From: Eledone cirrhosa
Taxonomy: Eukaryota
Assembly: GCA_964016885.1 (NCBI GenBank)
Contig: OZ024741.1
Span: forward strand, 163,370,001 to 163,434,000
Reading direction: 5' to 3'
Length of the DNA: 64,000 nt
Part shown: positions 41,107 to 53,712 of the stretch, one piece after another
Layout: each line of letters begins with the position of its first letter
Numbering within the stretch: the stretch's first letter is position 1
Notes under the pieces: model-generated
Databases searched by the model: none
Told to the model about the DNA's origin: nothing
Seen by the model: only the letters and a program-made list of their open reading frames with translations
Translations under genes and position numbers: made by a program

Positions 41107-41710
41107 TCTTTTAATTATATATTCTTTTACTAATATATAGATCTCAATTTTTAATTTTTTATTTTTTATTTTTTATTTTTTATTTTTTATTTTTTATTTT
41201 TTATTTTTTATTTTTTATTTTTTATTTTTTATTTTTTATTTTTTATTTTTTATTTTTTATTTTTTATTTTTTATTTTTTATTTTTTATTTATAGATCTCA
41301 ACAATTTAATCAAATTTAAACATTAGATACAATTCTCCGGTTATTACTATTTATTTATTTATTTATCCACGCTCTATTTACTTCGCGTAATTCATCCAAT
41401 ATATATTTATCTTTTCACTTCATCATCTCATAAAATTACGTTAATACAACACTCTCTCACTTAGGGTTTTCTCTCTTTCTCTTTTTTGTCTTTTGTTTTT
41501 CTTTCGTTCTTTCTTTTTCTTTTTCCTTTTCTTTTTTCCCTATTCCAACGGCTTAATTTAAATGTATGGGATTTAAACCTTTCCGACACTAATTTGCATA
41601 ATAGACCAATAATAAAATTAGTAACACCACTATCCGGGAGCTTCCAACCAACATGATTGCATTCTTTAAGGGTATGTCAATATTTGTTTATAAAACTGAT
41701 CTATATTATA

Positions 41711-41771
41711 TTTTATCTGATGAAAGCGCACCATAATTTGCTTTGGTGTCCTTGAAATATGTATAATGAAA
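41711..41771 (+). ncRNA. Type I hammerhead ribozyme in inverted pseudo-LTR
   Basis: TTTTAT-CTGATGA-AAGCGCACCA TAATTTGCTT TGGTGTCCTT-GAAA-T(ATGT)A-TA-ATGAAA. Confidence 0.85.
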
Positions 41772-41939
41772 TAAATATGGTTTTATAAATATAGTTTCCA
41801 TTTATTAATATATTGTATTTTTACTTCAAAAATTTGTTGAGTGCTTTATATCAGTTATAAAAATATTTGCTTGTTGTATCCCAACAAATTAAATATAACT
41901 TCTACATATAATATATATATATATATACACAGACATACA

Positions 41940-42019
<80 letters not shown>

Positions 42020-42074
42020 CATACGCACACACGCAACCGCGCACGCGAACGCACACGCACACGCGTGTTAGTGA

Positions 42075-42258
42075 CTTGGCAGAATCGTTAGAGGGTCTGA
42101 CGCCATGCTTTGCAGCATAGAGTTACGATCCTTTCCATTCTGAGTTCAAATCCCGTCGAGGTTAACTTTGCCTTTCATCCTTACAGGGTCGATAAAATAA
42201 AGTACCAGTAATGCACTGGCTAATTGCTGGCCTTGTGCCTAAAGTAGAAACAGTTATT
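42075..42258 (+). mobile_element. SINE copy with tRNA-like head
   Basis: TGGCAGAATCGTTAG...GAGTTCAAATCC (A/B boxes) followed by the family core and tail. Confidence 0.8.
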
Positions 42259-42831
42259 AATTAAATGTGTACATTTGTTGTGTGCTTACGGTAATAGATC
42301 TGTATATTCGATGGGCTTCTGTGGTTTCCACCAACCAAATTCCTATTACAAATCATTGGTCAATCCGATTTTATAGATAGCACAAGACAATTTTCCATGA
42401 TGACGTGCCTGGGGATTGACCCTTGAACCACCTATTTCCAAGCGAATTCCATAACCGTATAGTCATGTCTATGCCTGTCCAGAAAATTATTAATTAATTT
42501 TAAGAAAAAAACATTGATATTAATTATATCCTATACAAAAATCATGTATTTGAAACAAACGTCAACGCTCATTTATTTGTTTCTTATTTTCAATAACCAA
42601 GTTTTGGTTTAAAAAAGATAATGATATCAAATTTATTTTAAAAAAATGACTATCTAATATTTCTATAATTAATGTTGTTCTGAAACATTCAGTGTCAATG
42701 TTAATGAGAACGTGAACTAGTAATAAAAATCACTCTTATTATCCTTATAATGCTAATAATCATTATTTGCTGTTGTTGCTATTGTTGTTATTATTAAAAA
42801 CTTTAGGATCTAAATACAAAAGAATAACTAT

Positions 42832-43112
42832 AAACACAGTCGGTTGTTATGGATATTACCTTAGAAAATCGGTTAAAATACTACTATGGACGGAAAAACA
42901 GGCCAGTAGCCGCAATGGAAAATTGAACTCTGTATCCCTCAAATTCCGGCTGAGCTCGTTTACCTAAATGATTCGTGCATTTAGTCGGGTTTACGCTAAC
43001 CATTCAGCTAAATGAGCCAGATTTTGAGGAATACGGAGTTGGCCCTTTTTCCGCCCGCAGGAATACTTAACCCAATCTTCTAGGCTATTATTTATAACGG
43101 CCAACTATGTTT
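42832..43112. mobile_element. Degenerate fold-back (MITE-like) element
   Basis: AAACACAGTCGGTTGTTAT vs ATAACGGCCAACTATGTTT at the ends; inner AACTCTGTATCCCTCAAATT vs ATTTTGAGGAATACGGAGTT. Confidence 0.65.
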
Positions 43113-43369
43113 TTCCTCTTCATTCAGTTCTATTTCCATTTCTTGTCGGGTGTCTTCCCTATACCTAGAACAGAGAAACACACTGCATACATTTGGCAGT
43201 ACCTGTAGAACGCCGAACTACATGCTTGTCTGCATATAGTTATGTCTCCTTACGTTCTTAGTTCAATAAAAGTACCAGTAGCACACTGGCATCAATCTAA
43301 TCGAATTTCCCCGCCACCAAAATTGTTGCTTAAATCAGAAATTATTATTATTATTAATTGTAGTAATTG

Positions 43370-43590
43370 GGGCGGTGGGTTAGCAGTATCGATTCACGCC
43401 AGACAACATGCTTTTCGACATGCAGTTACGTTCCTTTGCGTTCTGAGTTCAAATACCGCTACGGTTAGCTTTGTTTTCATCCTTACGGGGCGATAAAATA
43501 AAGGACCAGTAATGCACTAGGGTCGATTTAATCCACCTTCCCCTCCCCTTCAAATTGCTAGCCTTGTGCCTAAAGTAGAAACAATTATTA
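43370..43590 (+). mobile_element. SINE copy followed by (TAG)n
   Basis: tRNA-like head, GAGTTCAAATACC, family core and CCTTGTGCCTAAAGTAGAAACAATTATT tail. Confidence 0.75.
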
Positions 43591-43653
<63 letters not shown>

Positions 43654-44345
43654 CATCTCCAACTATCATTCCAAAAAATCCATATTTGACGTCATAAGAC
43701 GAAAAGGTGTTCTCATATATTCTCAGCAACATCACCAGGAATAAAACAGATGCAATAACAAAAACCAATTGAACGAAAATTATCGTCCCAAGCCATAATG
43801 TTAGCAAAAGGTTATTTTATTGAAAAGGGAATGTAAAAAATTGAACTGGATCTTAAAATGTCAAAATCAATAAATTTAATGAGTGATGAGAGGAAAATTA
43901 GTTTAATGTATTTTTATCATTTTTTTTTTTTTTGCACATTATTTCTGAATTCAATAAAGAAGGTGTATTAACGGAACAAGTTAAAATTAAAACTACATTT
44001 TTCCCTCATTAGAATCAATAATTTATTTTACAATTCATTGATATTGGTAAATACATCGTCCGTTTTTTTTTGTTTTGTTTTTTAGCTAAAGAAAGCAATG
44101 ACTCTAAAATTCCAATCACAACCTGATATTACAAAATAAGGTACATTTTGGGTTTTGTTTATATTTTTAGTTTTTTTTCTGTTCTTATGTTTGTAATGAT
44201 TTCTTCATTTCCCTCAATTAAAGAAAAAATTGAATTACACTTTGAGAATAAATGTCAAATACATGTTTATGCACCGTCTCCCCGTAGCAACGAAGTTGAT
44301 CTGTTCTGTGGTTAATACGTTGCACACATACACACATACACACAC

Positions 44346-44433
<88 letters not shown>

Positions 44434-44471
44434 CTACACACACACACACAGATATATATATATATATATAT

Positions 44472-44633
<162 letters not shown>

Positions 44634-45122
44634 TCCATAGCTTAATCAATATAAATGTCTCCACAGCATACTGTACATATTGCACTCATGCGACAACCTA
44701 GATTGCCATTACAATTTTACATCTTTGAAATACTTCCCTTTGTTATACTACATTTTAATAGAGAAGTCTTTATCATGCTATATTAGGAAAGATATTTTCA
44801 AACTCGTCCAAGTGCCTGACGACTAGGTCACAAATTTCACCACACTTACAATCTGGGGAGATGGTGAAAAGTGGGCCATGAAACCTTACAGACACACAGA
44901 CTAACACACACACACACACACACACATATGTATATATTTCATTGGTATTAATCCAGCTTAGCTTGCCAAAACATTAGCGTCAATAAAATTGAAGACATTA
45001 TTACATTTCGCGCTGTGATATGTCTTTTCTACTAATTGACAATAACTCTTTAATAATGAATGTCAGCTAAAGGTTTCTTTCCTGCACCCATGTATCGCAG
45101 TTGATTATTAGTTTTTAACGTG

Positions 45123-45184
<62 letters not shown>

Positions 45185-45407
45185 GTATATATATGTATAT
45201 ATATATATATATATTTTTTTTTTTATATATATATGTATATATATATATGTTATATATATATTTTATATATATATGTTTTATATACATATATATATTATAT
45301 ATACATATACATATATATATTTACATATATATTATATATATATATATATATTATATATATATATGATATATATATAGATATATTACATATATATATATAT
45401 GTATATA

Positions 45408-45454
<47 letters not shown>

Positions 45455-45465
45455 GTATATATATA

Positions 45466-45499
<34 letters not shown>

Positions 45500-45523
45500 T
45501 ACATATATATATATATGTATATA

Positions 45524-45564
<41 letters not shown>

Positions 45565-45590
45565 GTATATATATATATATTATATATATG

Positions 45591-45658
<68 letters not shown>

Positions 45659-45707
45659 TTATATATGTATATATACATATATATTATATATATATATATT
45701 ATATATA

Positions 45708-45753
<46 letters not shown>

Positions 45754-46033
45754 GTATATATATATATATATTATATATTTTTATATATATATTATATATA
45801 TATATATACATATATTATATATGTATATATACATATATATTATATATATATATCTATTATATATATATATATTATATATATATATGTATTATATATATAT
45901 ATATAAATATTATATATATATATATTATATATATATATATATATATTATATATATTATATATATATATTATATATATATATATATTATATATATATTATA
46001 TATATATATTATATATATATTATATATATATAG

Positions 46034-46111
<78 letters not shown>
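45123..46111. repeat. ~1 kb interrupted (TA)n tract
   Basis: Direct reading. Confidence 0.97.
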
Positions 46112-46116
<5 letters not shown>

Positions 46117-46679
46117 CTTAGAGTTTAGACTCAATGGGGTCATTTACAATCATTTCAGCTCTAGGAATCGCTTCTGAGCAGTATAAATTAATATTTGATG
46201 AACATTTACATGTTTTAGTTGCAATTGATTAATAAGATCGCTAGAGTGAAACATCTTAATTCAACAACATAAAGTCTGCCTGTACGATCTAAAAAAATAA
46301 TAAATCAATACTCACAGACTCATATGGGCAAAAAGCCTTGGTACCTAGACACGTTTAAAATTCAAAATACAAACTTTTTCCGCAGATCGGTCAGAACTTC
46401 AAACTTCAAACATGTTTCACAAAGGATGGTATAATAGTAAAATAATTAACTAATTAGCAGTGAGTTAATCAACTTTTTCTGTGTTTATCAATAGGTACCC
46501 AGATAAAATAAAATAACTCTACCTCAGAAAAATATCTAAGGTCTGGTTAGCGTAGCGAAAATACATGAGGTTTTGCACACGGCTTATTCACTCTAGCGAT
46601 CTTATTAGTCAATTGCAACTAAAACATGTAAATGTTCATCAAATATTAATTTATATATATATATATATACATATATATT

Positions 46680-46724
46680 ATATATCTGTTTTTAACATGC
46701 CATATATTATATATATATACATAT

Positions 46725-46756
<32 letters not shown>

Positions 46757-46770
46757 CAGTTTTTAACGTG

Positions 46771-46829
<59 letters not shown>

Positions 46830-46843
46830 CAGTTTTTAACGTG

Positions 46844-46888
<45 letters not shown>

Positions 46889-47022
46889 CAGTTTTTAACG
46901 TGCTATATATATATATATTATATATCAGTTTTTAACGTGCTATATATATATATATATATTATATATCAGTTTTTAACGTGCTATATATATTATATATCAG
47001 TTTTTAACGTGCTATATATATA
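46680..47022. repeat. Minisatellite TATCAGTTTTTAACGTGC-(TA)variable, 6-7 copies
   Basis: Copies near 46686 (degenerate), 46753, 46827, 46886, 46923, 46963 and 46995; the motif core also occurs at 45110. Confidence 0.9.
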
Positions 47023-47149
47023 TGTAGGAGGTGAGTTTTATTGTAGTACAATAAAGCAATGCAGATATCGGATAAGAAGCACTCTACAGTTTGTGGGACT
47101 GGAGTATGCATAATATAAGATCAAAAGATGGTTAAAGGAGTTCCATATA

Positions 47150-47216
47150 TTTTATTATGCGCATTTCAAAAACAAACATCATCAAGCAATAATATTTGTG
47201 TTTTCATCAGATAAAA
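47150..47216 (-). ncRNA. Type I hammerhead ribozyme in PLE 3' end
   Basis: Reverse complement of 53366-53432. Confidence 0.9.
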
Positions 47217-48644
47217 CAGGAGAACATGATATGAAGGCTAAAAAAACACTTGTTGATAGTGCAGTTTTAAATCAACATATGAAAAGTGGTTTTAGATTGA
47301 TGTGTGATATTGGGAAAAATATTTTATTTAGAGAGGGGGGGGGGGAGAAGGATGAAAAGGGAAGGAGATGAGAGGGAGAGATGGGTGATAGAGAGAAAGA
47401 GATAGTTTTTATAACTGAGAGGAGATATATTTTTTACATAGAGGGGTTGAAAACCGTTGGAAGATACTGTATAAATTAAAAATTTTGAAAATTAACGAAG
47501 GGAGGATATGTGCGAGGAAAAAATATTTTATTTAGGGAGGGTGGGGTGGAAAGGATGAAAAAAAAGGGGGGAGGAGATGAGAGTGAAGGTGGAGAGGGAG
47601 AGATGGGTGATAGAGAGAAAGAGATAGTTTTTATAACTGAGAAAAAGATATATTGTTTTAATATAGAGAGGTTGGGAACCGTTGGAAGATAATGTATAAA
47701 TTAAAGGAATTTGAAAATTAACGAAGGGAAATTATGTATGAAGATAGAGAGAAAAAAATAATAATTGTGGGTGAATATTCTAACGTCAAAAGAAGAAATG
47801 TATGTATTGTGGCAATTTCAAAATTAGCGAAGAGAAAAATTGTTAAGGTAGAAGGATTTGAGAAGTGTAGAAGGATTTGAGAAAAATAATGTGAAGTTAA
47901 AGTTTGTATATTGAATTGGTATGTATTAATAATGAGTTCGTTGATGGGGAGAAAAAAATAATAATAAATTAAGGATGAAATTGAGATTAAAAAGATTTAT
48001 GATAGAGAGAAAAAATAATAATGATTGCGGATGAATATTCAAAATGTCAAAAACAAATGTTATTATTTTACGAAAAGATAGAATGAGGGTAATGAGTAAA
48101 CAAGTATTATAGAGTGTATAATGCCCTTTAAAGTAAGGTAGATGGGTATATTTTAAAGAGGTGTATGTATATGTGCCTTTGAGAAAAGATTCTAAATTGA
48201 TAAAGAATTGAATATTAACTGTATACTTTGTGAAAAGTTCTATGGAATTTATGCAGGCAGATAGAAAAATTGTTAAGGTAGAAGGATTTGAGAAGTGTAG
48301 AAGGATTTGAGAAAAATAATGTGAAGTTAAAGTTTGTATATTGAATTGGTATGTATTAATAATGAGTTCGTTGATGGGGAGAAAAAAATAATAATAAATT
48401 AAGGATGAAATTGAGATTAAAAAGATTTATGATAGAGAGAAAAAATAATAATGATTGCGGATGAATATTCAAAATGTCAAAAACAAATGTTATTATTTTA
48501 CGAGAAGATAGAATGAGGGTAATGAGTAAACAAGTATTATAGAGTGTATAATGCCCTTTAAAGTAAGGTAGATGGGTATATTTTAAAGAGGTGTATGTAT
48601 ATGTGCCTTTGAGAAAAGATTCTAAATTGATAAAGAATTGAATA

Positions 48645-50561
48645 TTAACTGTATACTTTGTGAAAAGTTCTATGGAATTTATGCAGGCAGATAGAAAACA
48701 AATCTGAGCGTCTATTTATTATAGATTCTAGGTTAGAGATAATGGTAAATTTTTCATTTAGGCAGAGATTACAGATTTTAGATAGAGAGCTGTTCAAGTA
48801 TGAGGATGCAGAAGAAATCTTTTTCCAAAAGATGTTATATTTAATGTTTTTGTCTTTTAAGGACCATATGAGTTCTGAGAGAGCAGTGTTAGTTCTTTTA
48901 AGTTTGTATTTGAAAGATGAATGATGATTATAGAGACGAGCTTTAAAAGAGGTGGAAGTGGAGCCAAAATAGGTGAAGGAATTGGTGCTAGTTATAATTT
49001 TACATTCATAAATTAAGTTTTTATCGAGGCAATGGTTGTTGAGAGGACATTTATTTTTAATGCGGCAGTTGCAATTAGAGAGATTATTAATGAGTGATCT
49101 AGTGTTATCTATAGAAGGAATTGGATTGGAGAAGTTGTTTGCGATAGGAATAATAGGAATAATAGTTTCTTGATTTAGAGTTGGATTATGAACATTTAGC
49201 GAAGTTGTGTTTGACGTTGTATTTGGGTTTACAGAAGTTAGCCTAGGGTTTACAATGACGTCGGGAGTACTATTACTGTTATTATGAAATTCAATATTGG
49301 AAGGAAGAGATTTAGTATTTAATATTTTGTTGTTGTGTTTAGAGATGATGTTGGAAATATTGGAGGATGTAGAATACGAAAATTTGATGGTGTGTTTGTT
49401 AAATATTTTACTATAGATATGTGAGGGAGGGAAGCATTTATTTAAGGCACTAAAAAATAATTTAGGAATATTGTTATTAATAGAGATGGAGAAAGGAGCA
49501 TTATACCAGATTATGTTTTTGTATCTAGGTCTTTTATTAAAATTATTGGAATGGTCAAGATTAATTATTCTACTGTAAGTTTTCCTAGAATTTGTTTCTT
49601 TATTATATTTGATTTTATCTGGATAGCCGGCTTTAGAAAGTGCGTTATTATAGTAATTGGCGTTAGCATCAAAGATGTTTTTATTAGAAGATATGTTAGA
49701 TATTCTATTTCCAATATTATTAACTATAGCATTCTTGATATTGGTAGGATGGTTAGATTTAAAGTTAACATAATTAAGATTCTCATTGTTTTTATGGTAA
49801 GGGTAATATAGGCCAGTGTCAAGATTAAGAGATACATCCAAGAAATTAGCTAGTTTGATACTATTATCAAATTCAATTTTTAGGTTATGTTGGTTAAAGA
49901 GATTACGTATATTGTTCTTAATAATATTAAGTTTAACTATATTGCAATTTAGGATAGTAAAGAGTCCATCGTCACGATAAATTCCACCGCGAAGTTGAGG
50001 AATTTTCCGACTCAAAGAGTTCAAAATGAAGATACCAATTAAATCAGTCAATTGGGATGAATCGGATGCTCCCATTGTGATGTCGAAGTTGTTAGAGGTA
50101 TCGGCTCTGGTCCAATATTCGTTGTTGAACTCTAGGATGGTTTTACGTGCGGTGAGGATGATGTGAAGTTCATCTGTGGTGATGTCAGAATATTTAAGTG
50201 CGAAAGATAGAGCATTATTGAGAAGTGAAGGCGAAATGGAGGAATAGTAGCTGGCAATATCGAATTGAATAAATTTTAGTTTGTTTTTATTATCCAATTT
50301 GTTGAACCAGCCAATCACTTCAGAAGTACCAAACCATAAATTTAGGTTTAAAGAAGAGCAATTAGAACTAACCTGTGGGATAATCCTATCCAAGATGGCT
50401 TTACTAACAACCCCCAGTAAAACCGCACGTAAAACCGCACGTAAAACCATCCTAGAGTTCAACAACGAATATTGGACCAGAGCCGATACCTCTAACAACT
50501 TCGACATCACAATGGAAGCATCCGATTCATCCCAATTGACTGATTTAATTGGTATCTTCAT
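48645..50561 (-). CDS. PLE reverse transcriptase + C-terminal GIY-YIG endonuclease (Hydra-clade-like), 5'-truncated; genuine coding starts at about 50417
   Basis: FDIASYYSSI (motif A), ITMGASDS (B), YRDDG (C), FLDV, KSNHP, WYNAPFS, CNCRIKNKCPLNNHCL linker, LIY..YFGSTSTSFKARLYNH, CNLCLNEK, ICLH; the first ~48 aa are read from the inverted arm. Confidence 0.93.
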   Translation of the reverse strand: MKIPIKSVNWDESDASIVMSKLLEVSALVQYSLLNSRMVLRAVLRAVLLGVVSKAILDRIIPQVSSNCSSLNLNLWFGTSEVIGWFNKLDNKNKLKFIQFDIASYYSSISPSLLNNALSFALKYSDITTDELHIILTARKTILEFNNEYWTRADTSNNFDITMGASDSSQLTDLIGIFILNSLSRKIPQLRGGIYRDDGLFTILNCNIVKLNIIKNNIRNLFNQHNLKIEFDNSIKLANFLDVSLNLDTGLYYPYHKNNENLNYVNFKSNHPTNIKNAIVNNIGNRISNISSNKNIFDANANYYNNALSKAGYPDKIKYNKETNSRKTYSRIINLDHSNNFNKRPRYKNIIWYNAPFSISINNNIPKLFFSALNKCFPPSHIYSKIFNKHTIKFSYSTSSNISNIISKHNNKILNTKSLPSNIEFHNNSNSTPDVIVNPRLTSVNPNTTSNTTSLNVHNPTLNQETIIPIIPIANNFSNPIPSIDNTRSLINNLSNCNCRIKNKCPLNNHCLDKNLIYECKIITSTNSFTYFGSTSTSFKARLYNHHSSFKYKLKRTNTALSELIWSLKDKNIKYNIFWKKISSASSYLNSSLSKICNLCLNEKFTIISNLESIINRRSDLFSICLHKFHRTFHKVYS

Positions 50562-51942
50562 TTTGAACTCTTTGAGTCGGAAAATTCCTCAACTTCGCGG
50601 TGGAATTTATCGTGACGATGGACTCTTTACTATCCTAAATTGCAATATAGTTAAACTTAATATTATTAAGAACAATATACGTAATCTCTTTAACCAACAT
50701 AACCTAAAAATTGAATTTGATAATAGTATCAAACTAGCTAATTTCTTGGATGTATCTCTTAATCTTGACACTGGCCTATATTACCCTTACCATAAAAACA
50801 ATGAGAATCTTAATTATGTTAACTTTAAATCTAACCATCCTACCAATATCAAGAATGCTATAGTTAATAATATTGGAAATAGAATATCTAACATATCTTC
50901 TAATAAAAACATCTTTGATGCTAACGCCAATTACTATAATAACGCACTTTCTAAAGCCGGCTATCCAGATAAAATCAAATATAATAAAGAAACAAATTCT
51001 AGGAAAACTTACAGTAGAATAATTAATCTTGACCATTCCAATAATTTTAATAAAAGACCTAGATACAAAAACATAATCTGGTATAATGCTCCTTTCTCCA
51101 TCTCTATTAATAACAATATTCCTAAATTATTTTTTAGTGCCTTAAATAAATGCTTCCCTCCCTCACATATCTATAGTAAAATATTTAACAAACACACCAT
51201 CAAATTTTCGTATTCTACATCCTCCAATATTTCCAACATCATCTCTAAACACAACAACAAAATATTAAATACTAAATCTCTTCCTTCCAATATTGAATTT
51301 CATAATAACAGTAATAGTACTCCCGACGTCATTGTAAACCCTAGGCTAACTTCTGTAAACCCAAATACAACGTCAAACACAACTTCGCTAAATGTTCATA
51401 ATCCAACTCTAAATCAAGAAACTATTATTCCTATTATTCCTATCGCAAACAACTTCTCCAATCCAATTCCTTCTATAGATAACACTAGATCACTCATTAA
51501 TAATCTCTCTAATTGCAACTGCCGCATTAAAAATAAATGTCCTCTCAACAACCATTGCCTCGATAAAAACTTAATTTATGAATGTAAAATTATAACTAGC
51601 ACCAATTCCTTCACCTATTTTGGCTCCACTTCCACCTCTTTTAAAGCTCGTCTCTATAATCATCATTCATCTTTCAAATACAAACTTAAAAGAACTAACA
51701 CTGCTCTCTCAGAACTCATATGGTCCTTAAAAGACAAAAACATTAAATATAACATCTTTTGGAAAAAGATTTCTTCTGCATCCTCATACTTGAACAGCTC
51801 TCTATCTAAAATCTGTAATCTCTGCCTAAATGAAAAATTTACCATTATCTCTAACCTAGAATCTATAATAAATAGACGCTCAGATTTGTTTTCTATCTGC
51901 CTGCATAAATTCCATAGAACTTTTCACAAAGTATACAGTTAA
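50281..51942 (+). CDS. Inverted duplicate of the PLE RT/GIY-YIG ORF, further 5'-truncated (genuine from 50434)
   Basis: Matches the minus ORF from TARKTILEF onward, with MGASDS>MEASDS; lacks RT motif A. Confidence 0.88.
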   Translation: MFLLSNLLNQPITSEVPNHKFRFKEEQLELTCGIILSKMALLTTPSKTARKTARKTILEFNNEYWTRADTSNNFDITMEASDSSQLTDLIGIFILNSLSRKIPQLRGGIYRDDGLFTILNCNIVKLNIIKNNIRNLFNQHNLKIEFDNSIKLANFLDVSLNLDTGLYYPYHKNNENLNYVNFKSNHPTNIKNAIVNNIGNRISNISSNKNIFDANANYYNNALSKAGYPDKIKYNKETNSRKTYSRIINLDHSNNFNKRPRYKNIIWYNAPFSISINNNIPKLFFSALNKCFPPSHIYSKIFNKHTIKFSYSTSSNISNIISKHNNKILNTKSLPSNIEFHNNSNSTPDVIVNPRLTSVNPNTTSNTTSLNVHNPTLNQETIIPIIPIANNFSNPIPSIDNTRSLINNLSNCNCRIKNKCPLNNHCLDKNLIYECKIITSTNSFTYFGSTSTSFKARLYNHHSSFKYKLKRTNTALSELIWSLKDKNIKYNIFWKKISSASSYLNSSLSKICNLCLNEKFTIISNLESIINRRSDLFSICLHKFHRTFHKVYS

Positions 51943-53365
51943 TATTCAATTCTTTATCAATTTAGAATCTTTTCTCAAAGGCACATATACATACACCTCT
52001 TTAAAATATACCCATCTACCTTACTTTAAAGGGCATTATACACTCTATAATACTTGTTTACTCATTACCCTCATTCTATCTTCTCGTAAAATAATAACAT
52101 TTGTTTTTGACATTTTGAATATTCATCCGCAATCATTATTATTTTTTCTCTCTATCATAAATCTTTTTAATCTCAATTTCATCCTTAATTTATTATTATT
52201 TTTTTCTCCCCATCAACGAACTCATTATTAATACATACCAATTCAATATACAAACTTTAACTTCACATTATTTTTCTCAAATCCTTCTACCCTTCTCAAA
52301 TCCTTCTACCTTAACAATTTTTCTATCTGCCTGCATAAATTCCATAGAATTTTCACAAAGTATACAGTTAATATCCAATTCTTTATCAATTTAGAATCTT
52401 TTCTCAAAGGCACATATACATACACCTCTTTATAATATACCCATCTACCTTACTTTAAAGGGCATTATACACTCTATAATACTTGTTTACTCATTACCCT
52501 CATTCTATCTTCTCGTAAAATAATAACATTTGTTTTTGACATTTTGAATATTCATCCGCAATCATTATTATTTTTTCTCTCTATCATAAATCTTTTTAAT
52601 CTCAATTTCATCCTTAATTTATTATTTTTTTCTCCCCATCAACGAACTCATTATTAATACATACCAATTCAATATACAAACTTTAACTTCACATTATTTT
52701 TCTCAAATCCTTCTACACTTCTCAAATCCTTCTACCTTAACAATTTTTCTCTTCGCTAATTTTGAAATTGCCACAATACATACATTTCTTCTTTTGACGT
52801 TAGAATATTCACCCACAATTATTATTTTTTTCTCTCTATCTTCATACATAATTTCCCTTCGTTAATTTTCAAATTCCTTTAATTTATACATTATCTTCCA
52901 ACGGTTCCCAACCTCTCTATATTAAAACAATATATCTTTTTCTCAGTTATAAAAACTATCTCTTTCTCTCTATCACCCATCTCTCCCTCTCCACCTTCAC
53001 TCTCATCTCCTCCCCCCTTTTTTTTCATCCTTTCCACCCCACCCTCCCTAAATAAAATATTTTTTCCTCGCACATATCCTCCCTTCGTTAATTTTCAAAA
53101 TTTTTAATTTATACAGTATCTTCCAACGGTTTTCAACCCCTCTATGTAAAAAATATATCTCCTCTCAGTTATAAAAACTATCTCTTTCTCTCTATCACCC
53201 ATCTCTCCCTCTCATCTCCTTCCCTTTTCATCCTTCTCCCCCCCCCCTCTCTAAATAAAATATTTTTCCCAATATCACACATCAATCTAAAACCACTTTT
53301 CATATGTTGATTTAAAACTGCACTATCAACAAGTGTTTTTTTAGCCTTCATATCATGTTCTCCTG

Positions 53366-53432
53366 TTTTATCTGATGAAAACACAAATATTATTGCTTGA
53401 TGATGTTTGTTTTTGAAATGCGCATAATAAAA
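53366..53432 (+). ncRNA. Type I hammerhead ribozyme in PLE 3' end
   Basis: TTTTAT-CTGATGA-AAAC ACAAATATTAT TGCTTG ATGATGTTTGT TTTT-GAAA-T(GCGC)A-TA-ATAAAA; 11-bp inner stem II, palindromic stem III, AUA cleavage predicted after 53426. Confidence 0.9.
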
Positions 53433-53471
53433 TATATGGAACTCCTTTAACCATCTTTTGATCTTATATTA

Positions 53472-53555
<84 letters not shown>

Positions 53556-53624
53556 TATGAAGAGAGAAGAAACATTTAGATATAATTAGTAATAAAATGT
53601 ATCATACCTAAACTGTTTCTAAAT

Positions 53625-53712
53625 TCCTCGACTACGTAGTTTCGTGGCATAAACAAAAACAATATATCAAAGATATAGAGTCCTTGCGAGGTCTGCCGAC
53701 TTATCAAGAGGA
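53625..53712 (-). ncRNA. Variant hammerhead ribozyme (U3-A8 core, extended stem II), family D
   Basis: rc: TCCTC-TTGATAA-GTCGGCA...TGCCAC-GAAA-CTACGTAG-TC-GAGGA. Confidence 0.78.

Larger units (their letters stand above)
47025..53471. mobile_element. Palindromic Penelope-like retroelement insertion (two ~3.04 kb inverted arms, ~280 bp spacer) in (TA)n
   Basis: 47111-50153 is the rc of 50434-53471; mirrored ORFs; an HHR near both outer ends; ~85 bp extra 3' tail at 47025-47110. Confidence 0.97.

Noticed and set aside
46680-47022. CRISPR-like repeat-spacer appearance
   Set aside because: Spacers are only (TA)n, there are no cas genes, and the context is eukaryotic
48645-51942. Intact autonomous PLE gene
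   Set aside because: Both ORFs lack the N-terminus, and their annotated starts are read-through from the opposite arm or spacer, so neither is a full-length master copy
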